Below are positions 26,466 through 32,000 of a DNA stretch of 32,000 nucleotides, one piece after another. Position numbers and translations under genes: made by a program. Location of the stretch: the NCBI RefSeq assembly GCF_000341895.1, contig NC_020409.1, positions 1,800,001 through 1,832,000 of the forward strand. The letters are read 5' to 3'. The notes under the pieces were generated by a model, which was not told the DNA's origin, did not search any database, and saw nothing but the letters and a program-made list of their open reading frames with translations. The first letter of the stretch is position 1. Every line of letters starts with the position of its first letter. This stretch comes from Pseudodesulfovibrio piezophilus C1TLV30. Lineage in GTDB: Bacteria; Desulfobacterota; Desulfovibrionia; Desulfovibrionales; Desulfovibrionaceae.

Positions 26466-27356
26466 ATGAAACTGAAATTGATCATGCCCCGTTTTCTCTT
26501 GTTCTGTATGCTCCTCCAGTTGCTGCCAGCAATGGGAAGAGCCGCACCCACGCCTCTGGAGGAATACCGGGAGCACGGTGTTACCATTGTCAGCAGCCCC
26601 GAATTTCAACCCATTTATTTTCGAAACAATGAAGGCAAACCCGTCGGGCTTCTCGTTGACTACTGGAAAAAATGGTCTGAAAAAACAGGCATTCCTGTCC
26701 GTTTCAAGGCTGCTCCCTGGAAAGAAACAATGGAAATGGTCATCAAAGGCCAGGCCGACATCCACGCCGGACTTGTGAATATGCCTGAACGACGTGCCCT
26801 GCTCGACTTCTCCGATCCCATCATGCCGGTCACCACCATGCTGATAGTCAAAGGGGAAGATAGTCACATCAGTAAAAAGCGCATCTATGCAGGGGGAACA
26901 GTCGGCGTTATCAGCAAATCACATCCTGTCACTTTTTTTCGAAACATCTATCCTTCAGTCAAACTCCACATTTTCGACAACCACAAGCAACTCATGGATG
27001 CTCTTGCCGAGGACAGGCTTGATGCCATTGTCATGGACTACCCCTCGTTCAGATTTCAAAATGCCAAGCGGGAAACACCAATTCAAGCAGGCATCAGTGA
27101 TATCCTGACCACTGTTCTTTTGCACGCAGGGGTGGGAAAAGGAAACGAAACCCTGCTCTGGATCATCAACGACGGCTTCTCAAAAATCAAGGACAGCGAA
27201 CGGGAGCGACTCAAAAGCAGATGGTTCATCACGGAAGTTCACGGCCATGACTGGCCGACCATTCTGGCCTGGGCAAGTGCGATTGCATGCGCCATGGGGA
27301 TCGCTCTGTTTTTCCTTTTTCAAATAAAGCCAGGCCATACGCTGCAAAAGAAATAA
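26466..27356 (+). CDS. Family-3 solute-binding domain protein with a C-terminal TM anchor
   Basis: Signal peptide followed by an SBP_bac_3-like body (PIYFRNNEGKPVGLLVDYW.., DAIVMDYP). A hydrophobic WPTILAWASAIACAMGIALFFLF sits 12 aa before the stop. Confidence 0.8.
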   Translation: MKLKLIMPRFLLFCMLLQLLPAMGRAAPTPLEEYREHGVTIVSSPEFQPIYFRNNEGKPVGLLVDYWKKWSEKTGIPVRFKAAPWKETMEMVIKGQADIHAGLVNMPERRALLDFSDPIMPVTTMLIVKGEDSHISKKRIYAGGTVGVISKSHPVTFFRNIYPSVKLHIFDNHKQLMDALAEDRLDAIVMDYPSFRFQNAKRETPIQAGISDILTTVLLHAGVGKGNETLLWIINDGFSKIKDSERERLKSRWFITEVHGHDWPTILAWASAIACAMGIALFFLFQIKPGHTLQKK

Positions 27357-27385
27357 ACGACATCAACGTCCCGCAGGAGAATCCC

Positions 27386-27781
27386 ATGGAACAAATCCAT
27401 ATCACAACCCATGTCCATGAAGAAATGATTGATATCACGGGGACAGTCAGAACTCTCCTCAAGACAGAAGGGTGGAAGGACGGAGCGCTGCTCCTGTACT
27501 GCCCACACACCACCGGAGCCATCACCGTCAATGAAGGCGCAGACCCTGACGTGGTCAGGGATATCACGGTGAACTTGCGAAAACTGATACCGCACCATGG
27601 CGATTATCTTCACGCTGAAGGCAATTCCGATGCCCACATCAAGTCGAGCCTGTTTGGCTGCGATCAACTCGTCATTGTCGAGGGCGGTAAAATCAGGCTT
27701 GGGACATGGCAAAAAATTTATTTCTGTGAATTTGACGGCCCACGAACTCGCTCTCTCTGGGTCCAATTCCTGCCGTCATGA
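27386..27781 (+). CDS. yjbQ: YjbQ/UPF0047-family protein
   Basis: ATG at 27386 with AGGAGA at 27375-27380. Contains CPHTTGAITVNEGADPDV, NSDAHIKSSLFG, LGTWQKIYFCEFDGPR. Confidence 0.85.
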   Translation: MEQIHITTHVHEEMIDITGTVRTLLKTEGWKDGALLLYCPHTTGAITVNEGADPDVVRDITVNLRKLIPHHGDYLHAEGNSDAHIKSSLFGCDQLVIVEGGKIRLGTWQKIYFCEFDGPRTRSLWVQFLPS

Positions 27782-27783
27782 TC

Positions 27784-28698
27784 TCATGAAGCGGACGAAT
27801 CTGTCGGAAAGGTACGCCCTTGTCGGAAGTCCACGTATGATGTGTGTGCCGTGATACCGTTTTCCCTGAACTGCCGGATCAGATTGATAGCAATATCACT
27901 CTTGAGATTCCAGGCCTCTGCCGGGGAATCGGCCCAGGCCGCCACCCAGCAGACCACACTCTCCTTATCCATGCGCATCACCCAGAACTGAGGCGGCTCC
28001 TGCTCATTGTGATGCTCACTTTCGCGTGCAACCCGAATGGCGATCTCACTGACTTCATCCAAATCAGCTTCGTAGGACACGGAAAATTCGAGATAAGCCC
28101 ACAGCAAAGTATCGTTGAGCGTCAGATTGATGAATTCCTTGTTCAACATGCGGCTGTTCGGGATGACATACCGTTTCCAATCCCATGTCTTGATCTTGGT
28201 ATGAGTAATGGAAATATCCTCGACCGTGCCGTACTGCGAATCCATCATCAGGGTATCACCAACCCGAAGCTGTTTTGAAAAACTGATAACGATGCCGGAG
28301 ATCATGTTTTCCACCAGGGGACGGGCCGCAATACCAATGACGGCCGTGGACACTGCGATGACAATGGAGAGCAGTGTGCTGGGCAGACGCCCGATAAAAG
28401 GAAGGATCAGAGCCAGAATCCACACCACGATAATACTGATAATCAGGGTTCTTCTGATAATGGTGAAGCGGGATTTAACTCCCTTGATCATCTGGCGCTG
28501 TTCCTGGCGCTCTTCCTTGTCGCTCAACACCTCGGTCGGCATGGCAGCGGTGGTTTCCGGCTCTCTGACCAAGGCGCTGATACGGGAGACCCGGCTGTCC
28601 TTGAACGAAGTGACACGAGAATGAAGCCAAAAATAAACGATAATGGCGACAAGGGTGACACCACCAAGATACCCGATGAGATTCAAATCAGCAAACAT
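27784..28698 (-). CDS. MscS-family mechanosensitive channel
   Basis: Three TM segments. The pore-helix/beta-domain junction AARPLVENMISGIVISFSKQLRVGDTLMM..GTVEDISITHTKI is typical of MscS. Confidence 0.9.
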   Translation of the reverse strand: MFADLNLIGYLGGVTLVAIIVYFWLHSRVTSFKDSRVSRISALVREPETTAAMPTEVLSDKEERQEQRQMIKGVKSRFTIIRRTLIISIIVVWILALILPFIGRLPSTLLSIVIAVSTAVIGIAARPLVENMISGIVISFSKQLRVGDTLMMDSQYGTVEDISITHTKIKTWDWKRYVIPNSRMLNKEFINLTLNDTLLWAYLEFSVSYEADLDEVSEIAIRVARESEHHNEQEPPQFWVMRMDKESVVCWVAAWADSPAEAWNLKSDIAINLIRQFRENGITAHTSYVDFRQGRTFPTDSSAS

Positions 28699-28799
28699 GA
28701 CTGTTCCTTTTGTGCTTAGGACTGCCCCTGTCTGCCATAAATGGGATGAGAAAGAAACCGCCTGACATACCGGTCCTGAAATGAGGCAACGAGCCTCTC

Positions 28800-29699
28800 C
28801 TATTCCATCTTGACGAGGATTTCCTTTAGCAGATTCTCAAGCACCCCGGCCCGATGATAGACATCAGATGGGAATTTCCCTCGAACCCAATGAATCTTCC
28901 TCGGCGACCTCGCCCCCATGGTATGCCCATGCAGGAAGTCAAGCTCCGAAACCAATAACGACGCGATATCATACACATCACTTGGGACGATGGTATCGCT
29001 TCTTTTCGTCCAACTCCTCAATTTGAGCATGGACAGACCCCGTTTCTGGCTGATTTCGAAAATCAAAGAATAGGCCTTGATCAAGCGTTTATAGACATCA
29101 ACCGGCCTTTTCCCCAGCGGAACATCTGTTGGCGGGGGTGGTGGAGCCTTGTTCTCCAGAGTTCCCAAAATGGAATCCGCATAATCCACGGCCACGGTCA
29201 CCTGTCGGAACACGTCCGATGGTGAAAATTTCTGATCCAACATCAGGTTGACCTGTCGATTGATATGCACCACCAACTGAAAAACATCCGTTGGCGTCCG
29301 GGTGGAATCCACATCCGGGATATTGGTACTAAAGGGAAAACTCAGATGAGATTCGATACTATTGACCATTTCCCGCACATCATTGATCAGCATATAGACA
29401 TTCTCGGGCAGAATCAGTCCTTCGGGCGGCGTTGGCAGGGGCCGGCTATGCAGGGTCAATTCAAAATTGAGCCGGTTCACTTTTTCAAAAAGCGTCATGG
29501 CCTGAAAATACACCTCATGCGGCGAGACATTCTCTACCTGGGGTTCTTCCCTTTCCACCACCGGTCGCCCCATGGCCCATCGCAAGTGCTCAATTTCCTG
29601 CCCCACGGCGGAAACAAGCCGATAGACATCCGCCGAACTCTCCCCGGCCGCCAAGGCTGGAGGAGAAACCGTGCACAGACAGAGCAGAGCAAGCGTCAC
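28800..29699 (-). CDS. Secreted repeat protein of unknown function (eight PxDV[YF] units)
   Basis: 299-aa ORF with a GTG start. The hydrophobic N-terminus ends ALAA/GE. The repeat structure is described in the findings. No family recognised. Confidence 0.75.
   Translation of the reverse strand: MTLALLCLCTVSPPALAAGESSADVYRLVSAVGQEIEHLRWAMGRPVVEREEPQVENVSPHEVYFQAMTLFEKVNRLNFELTLHSRPLPTPPEGLILPENVYMLINDVREMVNSIESHLSFPFSTNIPDVDSTRTPTDVFQLVVHINRQVNLMLDQKFSPSDVFRQVTVAVDYADSILGTLENKAPPPPPTDVPLGKRPVDVYKRLIKAYSLIFEISQKRGLSMLKLRSWTKRSDTIVPSDVYDIASLLVSELDFLHGHTMGARSPRKIHWVRGKFPSDVYHRAGVLENLLKEILVKME
28803..29639 (-). repeat. Eight protein-level repeats [ST]PxDV[YF]-x(17-20) amphipathic helix plus a variable linker
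   Basis: The V-[YF] dipeptide occurs at residues 25/26, 63/64, 101/102, 139/140, 163/164, 202/203, 242/243 and 280/281, giving spacings of 38, 38, 38, 24, 39, 40 and 38 aa. Confidence 0.85.
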
Positions 29700-29893
29700 G
29701 CAAAAAAATGAATTTGAAGGAATACGTATACCCTCTCAATTTTACCACCGCTATCCAGCACATCTCCCCAGGCAGGACACCTCTCCCGAGAGGTCCATCG
29801 CCCGGAATCTTCCCGGTCTGCAACGTCTCCAAGACGTCACACAAAGCCAGCGTGAACCTACACTTTCACGATGCTGGAGACAAGACCATGTGC

Positions 29894-29925
29894 GAATTTA
29901 TAAGGGATGACAGTAGAATTTATAA
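29894..29925. repeat. 10-bp direct repeat GAATTTATAA x2, 22 bp centre to centre
   Basis: Exact copies at 29894-29903 and 29916-29925, inside an AT-rich patch about 200 bp upstream of the repeat-protein start. Confidence 0.7.
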
Positions 29926-29936
29926 AAGGTCGAGAA

Positions 29937-30119
29937 TTAGACCGGAGGGATGGGAGGAAGCTGCCACGGCGATTCCCGTTCTTTTTCCTGCTCGCGCTTT
30001 TCGCAATGAATGCAAACCCAACAATCACGAGGTGTAAAGTGGCACCGCAAGCTGTTTTGATAACGATGATATGTTTTTTCACCACAATATTTACAGTATC
30101 TATATTTGAGAATACTCAT
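29937..30119 (-). CDS. Speculative 60-aa Cys-rich zinc-ribbon-like small protein
   Basis: Internal ATG (30117-30119) of the 252-aa track ORF, lying entirely in the truA-downstream gap. Translation MSILKYRYCKYCGEKTYHRYQNSLRCHFTPRDCWVCIHCEKREQEKERESPWQLPPIPPV has CxxC - N20 - CxxCxxC. A weak AAGGG lies 6 nt upstream. Codons are AT-rich. Confidence 0.35.
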   Translation of the reverse strand: MSILKYRYCKYCGEKTYHRYQNSLRCHFTPRDCWVCIHCEKREQEKERESPWQLPPIPPV

Positions 30120-30204
30120 GCTCAACCCTTGTTTCTTCAATAGAATAGCAGTCATACCACAGTCGGGAATCCAGATGTCACCGGAATGTGACAAAACGGC
30201 AAAT

Positions 30205-30957
30205 TTATTTTTCCGAAGAATAAAGGACCGAGGCAAGTGACAACCCCTGTGGCGGTGCTGTGGCTGGAGCTGCCATGCGATTTCTTCCCTTGAGCAGCCC
30301 TCGCACTTCTTGAGGAGTAATCCTGCCCCGCCCGCATGCCACAAGACAGCCCACAATATTGCGCACCATTTGCTTGAGAAACCCGTTTGCCTCGAACCGC
30401 CAGACTGTTTCATGTTCGGACAAACCGGTACGGAAGGAAATATCGGACACGGTCCGCACTGTAGACTTGACCGGGGTTCCCACATTTTGGAATGCGGCAA
30501 AATCATGTTCACCCAGCAGAGCATCGGCTCCGGCAAGCATGAGAGAATAATCGACCGAGCCGCACGCCCAGACAAACCTGCGTCGCTGCGGAAGACAGAA
30601 CTCCCGCGTATGCCAAAGGACATATTCGTAAATTTTTCCGGTAGCCGAATAACGGGCATGAAACATCTCGGGAACCCGTGCGCTCTCAAGGACACGAATA
30701 TCCGTTGGAAGCATGGAGTTCAAAGCGCGTTGCCAGGGAATATCCGCGCGTTCTGGGGGACAGTCGAAATGGCAGACCTGCCCCATGGCATGGACACCGG
30801 AATCGGTTCGCCCCGAGCCATGGACTCGTGGGGAATGGCCCAGGATGCGGCCAAGCGCCTTCTCCAAATCGCCTTGGACAGTCCTGTCGTGCGGTTGGAG
30901 TTGCCATCCTGAAAAATCGGTGCCGTCATAGGCAAGGGTCAGTCGAATACGGGTCAA
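30205..30957 (-). CDS. truA: tRNA pseudouridine(38-40) synthase
   Basis: TTG start. N-terminus (M)TRIRLTLAYDGTDFSGWQLQ and catalytic GRTDSGVHA. Confidence 0.95.
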   Translation of the reverse strand: MTRIRLTLAYDGTDFSGWQLQPHDRTVQGDLEKALGRILGHSPRVHGSGRTDSGVHAMGQVCHFDCPPERADIPWQRALNSMLPTDIRVLESARVPEMFHARYSATGKIYEYVLWHTREFCLPQRRRFVWACGSVDYSLMLAGADALLGEHDFAAFQNVGTPVKSTVRTVSDISFRTGLSEHETVWRFEANGFLKQMVRNIVGCLVACGRGRITPQEVRGLLKGRNRMAAPATAPPQGLSLASVLYSSEK

Positions 30958-31044
30958 GGGTCTCTCTCATGAATAGAGTACTGTGAAATCGAGCGCCCTG
31001 GGTTATCTCCTGTCGCAGTCAAAGTTCGCTCCAATGCAATGGAG

Positions 31045-31767
31045 TCACTTCCGTGCCGCGCGTGCTTTCTTCACCCTCAGGTTCAAAAATTCCACAAACA
31101 GGGAAAATCCCATGGCGAAGTAGATGTAGCCGCGATCGATGTGCTTATGCAACCCTTCGGCCATGAGAAAAATCCCCACCAGCAGGAGGAAGGAAAACGC
31201 GAGCATTTGCACCGTGGGATGATCGGAAACAAATGCACTCACCGATCCGGCAAAGAGCAGCATGACCAACACAGCCACCACAATGGCTGAGACCATGACG
31301 CCAAGGTGCTGGGCCATCCCCACAGCCGTGATGACCGAATCCAGGGAGAAGACAAGATCAAGCAGCATGATCTGAGCAATGGCACTGAGAAAGGAATATT
31401 GTGACCGGACATGCCCGTCCTTGGCTCCGGACTCCTCCATTGTATCGTGAATCTCGTGGGTTGCCTTGGCAAGCAGGAACACCCCGCCAATCAACAGCAC
31501 AAGGTCCCGACCAGACACGATATGCCCGAAGACTGTGAACAACGGTGCCGTCAGCCCCATGATAGCGGAAATGGCAAGCAACAGGGCAATACGGGTCACC
31601 ATGGCCAGGCCGATTCCCAGGCGTCTTGCCATGGCTCGCGACGCTTCTGGCAGTTTGTTGGTGACCACCACGACAAAGACGATATTGTCTATGCCGAGGA
31701 CGATCTCCAGCCCGACCAGGGTGATCAGCGCGATAAGATTCTCCAGGGTCAACAGTCCTTCAAACAT
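31045..31767 (-). CDS. TerC-family integral membrane protein
   Basis: 240 aa with a GGAGAA ribosome-binding site. LEIVLGIDNIVF and LSLDSVITAVG-type repeated motifs of TerC/YjbE-like proteins. Confidence 0.85.
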   Translation of the reverse strand: MFEGLLTLENLIALITLVGLEIVLGIDNIVFVVVVTNKLPEASRAMARRLGIGLAMVTRIALLLAISAIMGLTAPLFTVFGHIVSGRDLVLLIGGVFLLAKATHEIHDTMEESGAKDGHVRSQYSFLSAIAQIMLLDLVFSLDSVITAVGMAQHLGVMVSAIVVAVLVMLLFAGSVSAFVSDHPTVQMLAFSFLLLVGIFLMAEGLHKHIDRGYIYFAMGFSLFVEFLNLRVKKARAARK

Positions 31768-31927
31768 ACTTTCTCCAAAGTAATTATGTTATGAAAGAAA
31801 GTATGGAGAAAGGAGCTTTATAAATCAATGAAAGCTTTTCCCAAACCCCTCAGGGTGTGATATTCATTCCTGACTGAAAAAATGTGATTTTTGTCTTTTC
31901 ATTCATTATAAGAACGGGGGATCGACA

Positions 31928-32000
31928 ATGCGAATCGGAATGATAGGTCTCGGACGGATGGGCATGAACATGGCTCGCAGGCTCTTGCAGCACGATATCG
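31928..32000 (+). CDS. N-terminus of an NAD(P)-binding 6-phosphogluconate dehydrogenase-like protein (partial, runs off the window)
   Basis: MRIGMIGLGRMGMNMARRLLQHDI is a Rossmann GxGxxG N-terminus resembling short-form Gnd or beta-hydroxyacid dehydrogenases. Only 24 codons are visible. Confidence 0.5.
   Translation, partial: MRIGMIGLGRMGMNMARRLLQHDI

Noticed and set aside
30040-30054. TGGCAC-N5-GC resembling a sigma-54 -24/-12 element
   Set aside because: The GC is 2 nt too close to the GG compared with the consensus TGGCACG-N4-TTGC. The element points along the plus strand, where there is no downstream gene.
29858-30143. 75-aa (minus, GTG start) and 78-aa (plus) ORFs in the long spacer
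   Set aside because: They overlap each other and the zinc-ribbon-like ORF, so at most one can be real. Neither has a convincing SD: the plus-strand ATG is directly abutted by AAGGG. Hydrophobic stretches alone are weak evidence in AT-rich DNA. Left uncalled.
29937-30695. The full 252-aa minus-strand ORF overlapping truA in another frame
   Set aside because: The part inside truA is Cys/Arg/Pro-rich nonsense with no start context. Only the terminal 60 codons outside truA are reported, as a speculative small ORF.
31768-31927. Possible yybP-ykoY (Mn2+) riboswitch in the leader of the TerC-family gene
   Set aside because: I read the minus strand of the spacer. There is no GGGGAGUAG-type conserved core or matching four-helix pattern, only a TATAAT-like hexamer (31905-31910, minus strand) and a short AGCTTT/AAAGCT hairpin.
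1-32000. Mobile elements, CRISPR arrays, tRNA/rRNA genes, defence-island signatures
   Set aside because: I saw no transposase, integrase or recombinase-like ORF, no regularly spaced repeats, and no cloverleaf-like or rRNA-like stretches in the spacers. Gene content is core metabolism and envelope maintenance. This was a manual read, so short or degenerate elements could have been missed.

Overview
This is a chromosomal, mostly housekeeping segment that looks like a Desulfovibrio-type sulfate reducer. That assignment is inferred from a classic periplasmic tetraheme cytochrome c3 at the left edge. I call 37 protein-coding genes (one partial at the right edge, one speculative small ORF) and several hairpin terminators. 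I found no rRNA, tRNA, CRISPR array, transposase or integrase. Recognisable content: cytochrome c3; malic enzyme; TAXI-type and family-3 periplasmic binding proteins; trmJ; pncC; argJ followed by a 4-OT-family tautomerase and an HD hydrolase; an mlaE-F-D-C-A operon with a trailing YfcE-type phosphoesterase; thpR; rdgB; a cytoplasmic PAS histidine kinase; rimO; a DEDDh exonuclease; a 940-aa FAD/Fe-S/CCG 2-hydroxyacid dehydrogenase; cbiF/cobM; yjbQ; an MscS-family channel; truA; a TerC-family protein; and the start of a gnd-like dehydrogenase. Three stretches are not explained by standard families. (i) A 620-aa hyper-acidic, almost Lys/Arg-free protein sits directly behind the cytochrome c3 terminator, with reiterated hydrophobic-LD[DE] motifs and a C-terminal coiled coil. 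(ii) A same-strand cluster combines a Cys-rich zinc-ribbon-like small ORF hidden in a 505-bp AT-patchy gap, a secreted protein built of eight PxDV[YF] helix repeats, and an MscS-type channel. (iii) A histidine kinase has an N-terminus that looks like a degenerate Rossmann/oxidoreductase domain. The functions proposed for these three are inference only. All family assignments come from motif recognition by eye, not from database searches.
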